Shown: positions 1-13,250 of the stretch, piece after piece
How positions within the stretch are numbered: the first letter of the stretch is position 1
How the letters are laid out: every line of letters begins with the position of its first letter
Assembly: GCA_028534125.1 (NCBI GenBank)
Contig: CM052816.1
Span: 66,590,001-66,654,000, forward strand
DNA length: 64,000 nucleotides
DNA from: Lama glama
Taxonomy: Eukaryota
Direction: 5' to 3'
Translations under genes and position numbers: made by a program
Notes under the pieces: generated by a model
The model's input: only the letters and a program-made list of their open reading frames with translations
Told to the model about the DNA's origin: nothing
Database searches by the model: none

Positions 1-937
1 CTCAAAATATTTGTAATTCCCTTTAACCAAGACATAACACATGGAAATCTAAATTGCCAACATTGATCAATCAGGGAAACTATTACCTTCTTGGAAAAAG
101 CTTTGCAGTAGAGACTCTCTTAGTGAAATTCTCTAAAGCACTTAAAATATGACTCTAATGTTAAAAATGTTATCAGCATGAGAGTTTTTAGGTATTTCTG
201 TATGGTGTGACATGTAGTACCCTTGCAAATGGAAAGGTAACCATTGTAATCACATTATTAATCACCCTGAAACAATGTCTGGAGAAAGTAGGCTACACCT
301 AATGTTCCAAGGTTTTGCTGACTCAAAAGGGTAACAGGAAATATGGTAATAAACTCTTCCCCAACCTTCTAGTTCAGATGAGATTTGCAAAACGACAGGG
401 AGTGTTGGTCATCAAAATGAATTCTTAGACATCTCTTGACAAAGACATTTTCTCCAATGATTCAGGTTTCAATGCAGACAAAAGAGCCTTGATTTCCACC
501 ATATTCTTGCACAGCAGGGCTGCAAGGCGGGGTTGTATCCTTCAGTTAGACTCAGTAGCCTGTTGGCTTTTTATAGGTCTTCAGGCATTCCATGTGAGAC
601 TTTTCCAGTGACACTTGCCTGTCAGACCTGACATTCCATCATTAGAAACTTCCTGTGATGTTAAGGAATTTTGATTCCAAGAATATTGGTTAAATGCAAA
701 TACCAAATCTGGATAATGAAACACAAATCTGGCATCAATTCCTGCCTCTACCATTTAAAACTTTTGGAGTTTAGATCATTCACATAATGCTTATTGGTCT
801 CTCTTGGCTTCACAAATTTGCCTCTGGAGAGACCTTCTTAAATGAAGGTCAGCAAAATTATTTGAAATGGTGGAATCAGTATCACCTATATTGTCATGGG
901 ATCAGAGAGTTGGAGATTAATGTCTAAGAAACTGGTC

Positions 938-1463
938 TATCGACAGATTACCAGATAAAGAAGTTGTGGTATATTTATACAATGGAATATTATTCAGTCA
1001 TAATAAATAATAAAATAATTCCATTTGCAGCAACATGGATGGACCTCAAGATTGTCATTCTAAGTGAGTTAAGCCAGAAAGAGAAAGAAAAATACCATAC
1101 GATATCACTTATATGTGGAATTAAAAAAAAAAAGACAAACTTCTTTACAAAACAGAGGCAGACTCACTGACATAGAGAACAAACTTACGATTTCCAGGGG
1201 GCAAAAGGGGTGGGAAGGGAAAAGTTGGGAGTTTGAGATTTGCAGATACTAACTAATATATATATAATAGATAAACAACAAGTTCATACTGTATAGCACA
1301 GGGAACTATATTCAATATCTTGAGGTAATTTATGGTGAAAAAGAATATGAAAACGAATATATGTATGTTCATATATGATTGATGCATTATGCTGTACACC
1401 AGAAATTGACACAACTTTGTAAACTAACTATACTTCACTAAAAAAAATACACGCACACACACA

Positions 1464-1496
<33 letters not shown>

Positions 1497-1506
1497 GTAT
1501 ACAAAA
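938..1506 (+). mobile_element. 5'-truncated young LINE-1 (ORF2 C-terminus, 3' UTR and A-tail containing a microsatellite), cetartiodactyl/camelid-type
   Basis: Translates as WYIYTMEYYS..IIPFAATWMDL..ILSELSQKEKEKYH..SLICG, the L1 ORF2p C-terminus. The 3' UTR has gtatagcacagggaactatattcaatatctt. TSD aagaaactg(g/c)tc at 926-937 and 1507-1518. Confidence 0.95.
1449..1498. repeat. (CA)n-(TG)n compound microsatellite
   Basis: Directly visible inside the L1 tail. Confidence 0.95.
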
Positions 1507-4500
1507 AAGAAACTGCTCCCATAGAGGCAAAAGAATGTACCAGAGGTCACACCATTTTCACAGTGGAGTGACCAGGTCTTCAAACTGTGGTCCAACTTGC
1601 ATGAGCACATGAGCTGGGAAAGAGCAGAGGAGCACTGCAGTGCTAGGTCCACTGTCAAGCTTAGAAAGTCTTAAATAACCGTAGTAAAAAAAATAACACA
1701 AGAGTATGTTGAAAGACCAGAGGGAAAGTGAAAACTGGAACTTCTGAAATTTAGACATAGGTCACTATCACTTAAGCTAAGCTCAGGAGTGGGTAAACAG
1801 ATGCAAACCTATATTCTGACATCTCACAAAGATGCTCTTCTTGGGATCCACTCAGGAGGGGGGCCCCCTTTGCAGGTTTGGGTGCTTTGCATATTACAGC
1901 AATTATCTTCTTTAAAGATGAAAGCAGATGCTTTATCTTGAATCTTTCCGGTGGAAGGGGAAGTAGCAAGATTCCAGGGCAGTCGTATTGTATAACTTTT
2001 TCTTTTCCTGGCATATCCACACCCACAACTGCCATTCTCGCCTCTGTCATTGAGTTACTTTATTGTTGCCTCCTGCACATGCTTTTCTTGGCAGCAGGGA
2101 AAGAAGAGAAAGGAGAAGGCAGTAGAAAGAGAGGGAAGAAGGGGGAAAGATGGAAGAGCTGGTTCTTTCCCTGCTGCAGGCATTATCTTCCTTCCTCATT
2201 GAAGTCAGCGATGCCTGCACAGACAGGCAAAGATGAGGCTCGCTGGCAAGCCGGGGCTCTTAAGCTTGCCAAAGTCCATCCATGAGGATCCTAACTCGTT
2301 TCCTCTTTTATGCTTTAAAGAGACGAGCCCCAGGAAACCTTGTTATTCCTAACAGATTTCAAAAGCTGTTCTCCCAGGTTTTGTGTTTCCTGTGGACTGG
2401 TGTAACTATCTCATGGCAGTTTACCCCTTTATAAATTGATTACAAGTTTTTTTTTTTTCATTTAGAATGAGACTTCCGAAACTAGAAATGCCTACTTCTT
2501 TTCTCTTTCTGTTTGCCAAACATTAGCCACTGCTATCAACAGTGCACTTGGTTTAACAGCCTTACTTGACTTCTTTTAAATCCTGTGCTGCTGAAATGGT
2601 TGGACTTCTGTTCACAAAACCATATGGAATTCACATTTTTAAAGGCCTGTTCCCTGAAGGAGATAATCATCTTTCCAGTAAAACACTGTGTCAAGCTACT
2701 AAGTGATGATTACCCTTGGGTGGGGCTTTGGTATTTCTAGTTGGCGGAGAATTTGTTCCTTCAGTCAAAAGGACAGGACACGAGAAGCCTTATTTTCCCT
2801 GGCAAATGAATTATTCAAATCTCTTCAAGTGATTAAAAACTAAACAAAGGAAAGTAAAATGTGACATTTTCTAAGGTGGTGAATCAGACTGTCTTTGCAT
2901 CTTCTTGTGCCAAATCCAGGCAGCCGCCTGTTTGAAAAGCAGCAATAATTGCAGACACTTTCATGTGAAGAGTGGCTGTCTTTGAGACATCGTTAGACGA
3001 AAGATGCACAAAAGAATATAAGTTATAAAAACTCACACTATCTAGTGCTACAGACCTGACATTTGTAACCCAGCCCTTAGGTTTTATGAGCAGAGGTGCC
3101 CTCCCTTTGTCAGTTTCACACTATTTTAATTGTTGATGTGCAAGGTTGAGTTCAATTAATGGTTTATATCAGACCAATGGAAAATTTAAAGAATGAGCAT
3201 GTGTTAAATAAGAAATATTGATGCAATTAAAGTGCAAATCAATACAGGCTTTTTTTTTAAAGTAGAAGATACAGAGTATTTCTCCATATTATAAGCTTGC
3301 AAGGTTTTAGTTAGAGACACGTATTTTTCTTTTCACACACCATGTTTTTAAGGGTTCTATGCCTATACATTTATACAACCACTTTGTATCCATGTTACAC
3401 ACATTCTTTCCACTTGAGATTTAAGATATTTGAATCATTTCATAATGATTCATGTCCTGGCATGTCTTCTGTCAGGTACAGTGTTACAGTGGAGATCTAC
3501 TCATTATTCACAAAATCTTGTGATTTCTAAATGTTTAAATTTCATTTAGATACAAATGTCGACTGATCAGTCTCATTCTCCAGAGTCACAAAAATTATAA
3601 TGAGCTACATTTCTTCTTAGTGCCTGAAAGATACATGAGAAAAGTTTTTCTACCAGCCCTAGGTCTTCAGACGTCTGCCTGGGTCAGTGACTCAGCTGCC
3701 ATGCTCGTGGCTGAGTAGGTGAGAGAGGGTACAATGGTACCCTCTGGAAAAACCAAGTGCACAAACATACACAGAAGAATGCTCCATTTGAGGACTACCT
3801 GTCAAACGCTTCCTCCCAGGAATTATTCCTAGAACAGTGGGGATGTTTCTATAGCTCGCATAGAATATACTCTCTTCTCTACTAATGGCCATTGCTCACT
3901 GTGTGAGCCAGACTTTTAGGAGGCCAGAGAACCCTCTAGCACTGAGTATCTTCTTTATTTGTGTCCAAAGGGAATTTAGACTTGTTAAGCATTTCTAGTA
4001 GATAGTTATGCTGATGATTTAAGGGATCACATTCCAAATGAAGAATTTGAGGAAGGAGATCTTGTAAACCATCTGGGATCCCTTGGTGGAGAGCTGTACA
4101 AAACCATAAAGGCACCTATAAATTCATTGTTTTGAGACCTAGAGTCTTCCAAGGGACCCTCTAAGTTGTGCTATTTAGTGGCCCTAAGTCTATGATGTTC
4201 TCTGATTCTGAACAAACAGGTCTCAAAAGAAGCCTAATGGAGTTAGCTAAGTCCCAGAGAGAGTCAAAAGGAAAAACTACTAGATTATGGAAAGAAGATC
4301 TGTAAAACTAATTGTTCTGTTACAGGACGTATCCTCTTTTGGGGGGGTGGGGGTGGAGTTTAAGCTTTAGAAGCAGTTAGCAAGATTTGCATGGATTGCC
4401 ACTTAATTAATGGCAAGGAAAGATAAAATCACTAAGTTTCATAAGATTTTCTCTAAGACTTGAATACAGGGACTAGTAAAGCCAGTGTTTGAAAATAAAA

Positions 4501-5934
4501 CTGAGACACAACTTAGTGGGAGTCTGTCGATCCTGGGTTAGATTAAGGCTAGTGGTCTAATAAGAGTCGGAATGTTTATCTCTGACTTATTATTCCTTCC
4601 TCTTCATTCAGGGTAACTCTGGGTCACTTTTACCACTCTGGTTGGCACAAAAGTAAAGAACCAAGAAGTACTTTTAATTCCTCACTACATGTAAGGAGTT
4701 TATTTTCTATGACAACTATGCTACATATAAAGTAAAACCAACAGCTTAATAAAACAGATTTGACATAATGAATTGGCCAACAAGTAGTTAACAACAGAAG
4801 ATGAGAGTCTGCCTTTTCTTTCTGCAGCCTCTTTTTCCTTTTCCCAACAGTTTCCATATCTCTATCAGTTGCTCTCCCCTTGTCCCACCTCTTCACCTGT
4901 ATGCTGAATTCATGTATTTGACTGCTCCCCCAGCAGCAGTGCAATTCTAGGGGCCTCACTCTCTGCCAGACACACAGTGATGCTGGTTCTGGGACCATTA
5001 AATGTGAGCCAAGAGAGTGAAAGAGGGGGACTTTGTTTTAGGGGCTGATGTAGCCAATGTATTACACATCATGTTTCATTCATGCGAGAGAAAAATGATG
5101 GGAAAAGGGGGAAATGGAGCAAAACCAAATCATAAACTGTTCTCTGTCCTCTCCCTCATATGTCTGTTCTGGCAGCTTATCTGTCATAAATTCTAAAACT
5201 TTGAACATGCTGACACAAGTGTTTATTGATGTAGTTTGAAACTTTTCAATAGTAACCATGTTGCATGACAGGAAACACACAGATAAACAAGGCATTGGGC
5301 CTGCCAAGAAGTTCATGGGAACTTGAATGATCATGTCTGTCTATCCCCATTTTTGAGCCCTATATCCATGACTCTCAGAATCTGGGGGGGGAGTCCAGTG
5401 CTTGGGGAGGAGTCCTGCTTATGGGAGAGAAAGCCAATTTTTCCTTTTCAATTTTTCTAAGTCAGGACTTGGGCCCAGAGGTCCTGTAGACACTTACTTT
5501 ATCTCCACTTGTGACCTGTAGGCTGTCCTCAGTGATGTGGTGAAAGGGCAGGGGCTCCCTGGGCCATGCCTGAGGAGGAATCTGCAGTCAGAGAAGGAAT
5601 CTGCAGTCAGAGGAGGAGAAATCCAGGACAACCAGAGAAAGGAGGTGGTTTCTGGTCCTTGGGACTCGCAGAAGTGTGAGAGGCCTATGGAAGCTCCAGA
5701 ACAATGGGTGGGAGAAAGTCCTTTCCCTTCTCCAATGAGAGACACATAGGAGCCCTCCTTTCTGCCCAGACTTCTACCCCCGATTATCACCTTTTTGAGA
5801 AATCCTGTCGTATCTCCAGGCCATTCCCTAAGAATGCCACCTGCTCTAGAGACCTACGAGAGGCTGATGGCAGAGGTCCACACCCGGGGTGGGCCCCCCT
5901 ACCATCCAGGGTGGTCATGCTTTGGTGGAGTCCA

Positions 5935-6100
5935 AAGGCCTGGGTGCCAATCCTGGCTGTCTGTCTCTAAAGCACTCATCTGGCACCTACCACTTGGGCC
6001 CATTTCTGACATATAACTAACTTGGGTTGTTTGAGGGATCCTGTCAATACAACTTGTGAGAGTACTTGGCACATAAAACCTGTTCAATAAGTATTTGCTT
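5935..6100 (+). mobile_element. Degraded MIR SINE fragment
   Basis: gggttgtttgaggg...tacttggcacataaaacctgttcaataagtatt resembles the MIR 3' half. Confidence 0.5.
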
Positions 6101-7029
6101 TGAACTTAGGGTGTCACTGGCCAGAACCTATAACTCGCCTGCAGTTGGAGGGAGGAAACCACTTGTGAGCTTTGCAACAAGATCAGGTGATGCTATCACT
6201 TTAATTCATGAACCAGCTCTTGAGCTGGGACTAAGGTCACGTAAGGGAGGGTTAGAATGGTAGGGGGCCACCCCCAAATGATGAGCGAACTCTCCACAGT
6301 TTTACATCTTCTGAATCAATGTTTCTTTTTACTACCCATGGACAATTAGAGGTGGGTAGGCCAGAGTTTATTCCATTCTCTGCTTCTACCAGGTCCCTTC
6401 CCTTATTAAGGGAGATGTGAGAATTCTGATGTTTTTCTTATCCACAATACAATAGCATATTTTCTGAGGAAATTGTGGCATGGCACTTGCTAGATGAATT
6501 TAGAAATTCACAAAACTTGTAGTTGAAACACTGGCATGTCAACGACCCGAATGGAAAAAGTAGGGGCCATGACCTGTGTGATTATTTGTTTTGTCCACAA
6601 TCTGGTCTAAGCTCATATCAGAGAATCCATGCTTCTCTTCAGAACAAATAGTTCTGTTGGAATGATCAATTCCTGGCAGAAGTTGGAGCACGCAGAGTTT
6701 TAACACTCTGGAAATAGTTCTTTTAATCTAATGGTTGGCACAAATAAGAGTTTCCAGAGGTTGCTGAAAGTGCACTCGTCCCTTGAATAAAACTGTGCAG
6801 ATAACTTGGGATTTATCAGCTCTTGAGCAGGGATTTGCTTACAGCCTTGATTTTTATGATGCCTGGTGCCTTATTAGCCTAAAATAAATGTTACCCACTC
6901 TTCTTAAAAGCAAGGCTCGAAGAACCCTTTGGTTGTTCAATGAAAATCCCAGATAACAGACATTTATCTACCTATTCTCAAATTTGTATAAACTGACAAT
7001 ATACCCATAATTGAATCAATCAAATTATA

Positions 7030-7550
7030 ATTATATATTGAGCAGCAAGCATTTTCTTAAAGGCTGAAAACAGAGCAGTAAACAGGACCAAAGAGGCCCC
7101 TGCCTTCATGAAGCCTCTAGTTTAGTGAAGAAGACAAACCTTGAATAAATGATAATCAGTGTAATAAAATCTGTCAATGTGGAAGGCATCCTGCTGAGAA
7201 TACGTGGCAGAATTTAACTGCTTGAGTATAGGAAAGTCTTCCCAGAGAAAGTCTGCGATCTGACAGGTAAATGTTAGCCAGACAACGAGGAGGGGCTAAT
7301 AAACAGGTTTTGTTTTTCTCAAGGGTTTTAATATATGTTAAGCATGAAGATCACATGATCAAGTTTGCCTTTATAAAACTATTATCTTTCTATGATATTG
7401 AAAATGGATTAGAGAATGCAGGAATGATTACATGAATAATTAGGAGGATATTACTCTAGGCTGGAAGGGAGAGGAATGTGGATGTGAATATAGATGTACA
7501 TATATGGAAGTAAAATGGATATGACTCAGTAGTTAGTTGGATGTAAGAAA
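7030..7550 (-). mobile_element. L2 LINE 3' fragment
   Basis: agagcagtaaacaggacc..cccctgccttcatgaagcctctagtttagtg and gaaaatggattagag match the reverse complement of the L2 3' region. Confidence 0.7.
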
Positions 7551-8059
7551 CTAATGATGCCATGCAAAGCCTACGAGGCAAGTCAGGGATTATGTCTAGC
7601 AGTCTGTGCATCACAAAATGAAGCAGGGAGTTTATGGTTATCTACTTAATTTGATTAATGTAGTAGATAATAAAGTTGCATAGAACAGAATTTTAGAACT
7701 CCCCTACAATTTGGGGCAAGAGTGACCTGGTTTGGCTTTAATGATCTTGGCTGCTTTAATTTAATTAGGTGAGTGTTGAATCTGCCCCTTATTTAATGAT
7801 GGGGGCATTGTTTTGATTAGTGAATAGAGTTAAACACTAAACATGGTGAACATCCAGTTCTAAAATTTCAGAGCAGGTCCAAACCAAATGATTTCCATGT
7901 TGAAGGACCTAAATCAAATATAAACCTCATATCTGTATTTTCAGAACTTCTCTTTTCCTGAAAATTATGAGCAGAATATGAGAATTATGTGTCTCTTTCC
8001 TGGCTTTATTTTTTAATTTAAATGTCAATCATTAGCAAATCCAAGAAGTAGTAGATTAT

Positions 8060-8180
8060 CATGCTAAGTGCCAGGCTTTGGAATCACACTTGTATTCCAA
8101 TCCGAGCATTGTCACTTACTGTGTCAACCTAGGCAAGTTAACTTTGTTGCTTCATTTTCCCTCATTTATCTGGGTCTATT
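8060..8180 (+). mobile_element. MIR SINE
   Basis: caggctttggaatcaca..ttccaatcc..tcacttactgtgtcaacctaggcaagtta..cttcattttcc matches the MIR core. Confidence 0.75.
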
Positions 8181-9399
8181 ATTATTTTGAAAGTGATCCT
8201 CTAGGTCCCTGTTTTCCTCCATTTCCTCTCCCAACTCACCTTCTCTCTTAGCATGGCCTGTAGGTAGAGTGCTGAGTTTAGTGTTCTCTGGGTATTCCCC
8301 TCCTGTTACTCAGAGTGGATATTTCTTGCTTCCGATCTCTGGTTAGAGTTGCTTGCTAACAAAAGGTTGTCTCCAAAGGATAATACTGAGAGCAATAGGA
8401 CCAGCTGCCCTGTGGAACATTTAAGATGCGGCAGGACATATTTAGTAAAGCTGATTATCAAATCTCAGTTTCAGGCATTGGTGTTTTGAAGAAGGTATGA
8501 AGAAGTATCAGGTGGTTTGGAGCCTGCACCATCTCCTGAACTGCTGTGCGCTCCTTTAGTGTCTGCTGCCTGGAATGTCATGGTTCAAAGACAAAAGCTT
8601 GAAACTCCAAAGGGTTATCCCTCTTATTTTACAGCCACCTTCTCTGGGTTCTGTAACCAGGCAGGCAAAATGGGAGGGCTTTATCTGCTATTCTGAAAGA
8701 CACTTTTGAGCAGGATTAAAGATGAGTTTCTATTAAAGGCATACACATAATTTATGTTTTCAATACTCCCACGTTCATTTCTTTTTTCCTGTCTTCTAGT
8801 TGGCTAAATTAACATTAATCTCTTTTTCAGTAAGTTATATGAAGAATAATTAGAAAACTTCAGAGATGCTTGAATTTTTCTTGTCTTGTAAAGGAATGGT
8901 AATGATAACAAAGCTCATCTTTTTACAGTAATCATACATTATGCTTTATTCATGCTTCTCAAGAAGCTGATTTCAAGTAACTTGGCTGAAACTTTATTCT
9001 TGGTCTGGAACTAACTCTATTCTAGAAGGCACCTTAAAAGTTAATCACTTTATTATCCTCACCAAGGAAAGAAAATAAGGGTACAAAGAAAAGTAAGATT
9101 TCCATATAATCTACTCATTTGGCTCAAATTATCAATGCCAGGAATGAAGCGGTGTCTCTTGAAGGCTGATCTCTTCTGCACATACTCAATTCCCAGTTTT
9201 GGCAGTTATAAACTCCGGAATGTTTGTTCCAATTCATTATTGTTACATTGTTAGACATTTTACATTATTCACCTTGTTTACAAAAGAAATATGTGAATGC
9301 ATTCTCTTTATAGCTATGTTTTTTTTTTAAGGTGAATTATATAGTTTCTGTGCTCACCACTAGTTCTTCATGAACTATGTCATGTCTGAGTTCTTAATT

Positions 9400-11450
9400 T
9401 TATCTATTTTTAGGCTGAATTTAGGAAGTATTCTTCTGGAATCTTTGCAAGTATAAAAAGTCTTCCTGTTGCTTTATGTACATGAATTGCAACTTGAATG
9501 GAGATAAGATTTTCAGATCTTAATCTTTCCTTCTCAAGACTAAATATTCATTTATTTGTGTTATTTGGGGGCATCTATTATATTGTTTTGTGTCTGATGC
9601 TCAATGAGAGATGTCCAATTTATTTCCCCTTGATCATACTTAGTTTTCCTTTTTTTATATTTGGATGTTTGAACAAATCTTTTTTTTCCCTAGTCAGATC
9701 AAGTCATTGATTTTCCTAGGCTGTGTTTAGATGTCAGTTGTTTATTATTAACTGTCTGATATGGAATCCTTTCAACCTCAAATTTCTTCAGATTGAGAGG
9801 TGGGATTCTGCTATAGCTTTAAATGTTATTTTCATGTCATTTATTTTAATTTTTAAAATAAAAAGGAGTTATTTTATATTGTATTTTTACTTCATTCTTC
9901 TATATATCTATCACCTTCTCTCTGATGTTTTCATGTCTTCATCATTTTCCTCTAAAAACCCAAGCGATTATTTTCAAAACAATGTTTCTCAGAAATTCAA
10001 TTTTCTGCAACATAGATTGTGCTTTTATTGATACTATTTTAATTCTGTGGTGACTTTAGTTTTTAAAACTTTACCTTAATTCTACCAGCTATCACTTCAT
10101 CTCAAGCCCTTGTTTTATCATTTTCTTTTCATTGTACATATTTTCTTAATTTTTTAAAAAGAGGCAAAGCATTTTCTACCTAACGTTTTATTTTGTTTCC
10201 TGGAGTAAATCTTCAGAAGTATCTCTTTTACCTGGTCTTTTCATGCCATGTTTGTACCCGTCATGTTGTAGATTCTCTTCATAGACTCAGTGGGTGTATT
10301 CTTCATTCTTCTGATAACCCATTCTTGAACAGGGACAGGCTTATCTAGGCTTGGTAGTTGGACCAAAATCATCTGTGTCAATTATCCTTGGGGTTTTTTT
10401 CCTGCTTTTGTTGTTTTTTTTTTTTTCCTGGACCTCATTAAGTTCTTCCTTTTAGAGACTAATTTGGAATTCAGAATGAAAACTAAGAAAAAAAACTTTA
10501 TATTGCCAGTTCAAGAGTTGGGTGTCTACAGTTGGAGGGGAGATACGAGTGGAGATAGTGTGTAGAGTTATTTGCAGGAGGGCAATTTTTCTCTGCATGG
10601 TTTTCTTTCTTAGTTGGTACCACTGTACCATGGATCAGCCGTCTATCTGTCTTTCAATTTGGTCTAATCTCTACTGTAGATACAAAGTGTGGCTATGTTC
10701 TTCTGCACTTCTAGTTGAGGGGGAGCATTCTGTCTCCTACCAGGGATGCCTCTGTTTTTGAAAGTGTTTCTCCCAGGTCCAGGAGGACCGGCCACACTGT
10801 CAGGAAGTTCAGTCTCAGGGAAGCACTGGCCTCGCTCTCCCTCCAGCACAGCTACTTCTTATTGCTCTTCACCTGCAGCAGCTCTGGGTAAAATGGTCCT
10901 CATCTTTTCACAGTCCAGCATCAACTCTAGCTTTTCCCTCCTCAGGTTAGGGGATTCTTCTTCATTTCCGAAAGCACTGTCTCATGTTGGATTCGGCTCC
11001 TGACTCCACTGACAAGCTGGATTATTCAAAACTACCATTATACTACCCCCAAGCTGTCTGTTGGCTATAGCTGCCACTTTCTCTCAAAACCCTGCTCCTG
11101 GAGACTCAAACTGCTCCTAATCTCTGGTTGTCAGAGGCCCTCAGTGAATTGATGCATGATTTTCCAGTGGGCTCTAGGATTCAGCCAAGCCCTCCTAAGT
11201 AAGGCTTTCTGGAATATTCTGCCAGGGCTTCTATTCCCAGGATTTCTTTTACTTATTCTCTGTCAATGTTGCTCCATTCTCTTGGAAAAGGATTTGTGAG
11301 TTAGTCTTTGATATTGTTCCAAATCCACTGTACCAAACCAATATGCCTCAAATTTTATGGTCAAAGGTTGTCACAGTTCCTTAGTTCCAATTCTGATGAA
11401 AGTTTCTCACTTTAAAATTTTTCCTTTGGCTTTTTTTGGTTGGAAGCCTC
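9400..11450 (-). mobile_element. Ancient L1-type ORF1/5' region remnant (HAL1- or L1ME-like)
   Basis: The reverse complement of 9430-9800 follows the L1 ORF1 C-terminal motif order (ER..., PRHILVK-like, ILYPAKL-like) in degenerate form. The plus strand is T-rich. The upstream boundary is uncertain. Confidence 0.5.
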
Positions 11451-12532
11451 CTTGTATTATAATCTTGTCAGGGGTTGTAAATGTCTTCATATTATAGTCT
11501 TCAAAGAATTCCTACATTCTTGCAGTAAAATGTTCTAAGAAGTTTAGTTAAGCCAAAGAATTCAGCACTCTGTTTACTAGTTTATTTAATTTTAGAGTTG
11601 AAAGGCCATTTCATAAGTAACACAAGTCAGAAGCAACCACTATGTTTGTCTATTCTCTTTTGGAGGTGAGATGTCTACAATCTAGAGAGTAAGGTCAGGT
11701 CTCGGTGCCCTTTAGTGGCCTGATCAACACTCAAGCCCAACTGGCACACCCTCTGCTTTTCCTTTTGTTGTTGTTTTTTTCATTATAACATTAGCCTTTG
11801 GCTAAGATCTTATATATATATTTTCCCTCCAGATCAAATAGGAAAGTACCTCTTTGGCAATATGTTAATGAGGATCTTACTCCAAAGGTTTTTTTAAAAA
11901 ATGTAGTAAATTCAAAACTACCATTAAATTACTGTATTTCATAACATGACAGTCTAATAAAAAAGAAGGTAACAATAAGACCTATTTGGCCTGATTATGT
12001 TTGTGCTTTGCTCTCTGCGGTGACTGGACATGGATTACTCATTATCACAGGTGGATTTTCTAGTCAACAGCATTAATGTAGAGCAAATTAGCCCGTGCTT
12101 GATTTCCACACTTGGTGCTACTTAGCTGCCTCCCCTCAGGCTTCTTTGCCAGGTGTCGCAGCATCAAAACTGGAATCCACAGCCATGCCAAAGGCGTGCA
12201 GCGCTTGCTGCCATACTACCCTGTCTGCCAGTTGTCTAAAAGGAGTTTTCTTCCTGGAGACATCTGCTTGTCTGTCACACTAACTGTTCTTGTGTGAACC
12301 GCTGTGCCTTCTGCCTATTGTGGGTTGGCTGAGGTACCACACTATAATTCAAACTTATCTGCAGAGAAAATATTCTGAGATGATACCTTTTATAATTAGC
12401 TTCCTTAACTTTATAGCATTTGGCCATGATGGCTACTCTTTTTTTAAATCTCAGCTTCTCTGATATCCCTGACAGTTTTCAGGTTAGAGAAGAGCACAGA
12501 ATTCTGGAATCATACTGCCTGGATTCATTTCT

Positions 12533-13040
12533 GCATCAGCTTTTCTCACAGTCATGCTGGGTAACAAACAACCACACACTCTTGATGGACTACAACAATA
12601 AGCCTTTACTTCTCATGTGTGAGCTGGGATGGCTTTGAGGATCTCAACTGATTTGGTCCTGTGTGTATCCATTAGCTGGGGGTATGCTGATCTAGATTAG
12701 GTTTGCTAGGTGAAGGTACCTGAAGCTACTGGTCCAGCTAGCTGCAGACAGAACTCAGGGAAGCTCCCTGTATCATCACTCTTGGAAGCAAGTTGAGAAA
12801 GCCTGCAGGCTGGGAGTGATGCCAAAAACACAAGAGAGCAGGTGGAAGCATGGCGTGCCTCTGAAGTCCCAGGTTGGAACAGGCACACTGTCATCTCTGC
12901 CCACATTCCTTTGACTATAGAACTCAAATGGCTGAGTTCAAAGTTGAGGGGGAGGGAGGTACACTCTGTCTCTGGTGGGCGGGACTACAGAGTCACCTGG
13001 CAAAGGGCGTAGATACAGGGAGTCATGCAGGAGTGGGGCC
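12533..13040 (-). mobile_element. MaLR LTR (MLT1G/H-like)
   Basis: atgctgggtaacaaacaaccac, cactgtcatctctgcccacattcc and cagagtcacctggcaaagggcgtagatacaggga are MLT1 reverse-complement hallmarks. Confidence 0.85.
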
Positions 13041-13084
13041 AATTGCTTAATGTGCCACGGAATCCCAACAGGACCATTCCCGAC

Positions 13085-13250
13085 ATGCGGCTTAGGCACA
13101 TTGCTTACTCTTTGCTAAATCTTGTCTATGATTTGGAGGTAATAATAATAATCTCTACCACATGGCATTGTTGTGATGATTAGGATAAAAAATGCACGTG
13201 AATTGATGAACATATGTTCTGGCACAGAGAAAGTACCAATAAGTGACAGG
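13085..13250 (+). mobile_element. MIR SINE
   Basis: aataataat..ctaccacatggcattgttgtgatgatt..ctggcacagagaaagtaccaataa. Confidence 0.7.

Noticed and set aside
964..1170. ORF with real protein similarity (also 41703-41966 and 22721-23007)
   Set aside because: These are truncated L1 ORF2p C-terminal remnants, not host genes.
1535..1555. CTCF-like motif (also near 31852-31868, 44556-44572 and 49843-49858)
   Set aside because: Each mismatches key core positions. None is convincing without a PWM score.
1878..2285. 135-aa ORF in unique sequence
   Set aside because: It has a non-ATG start, a purine-rich low-complexity middle, no recognisable domain and no convincing splice sites.
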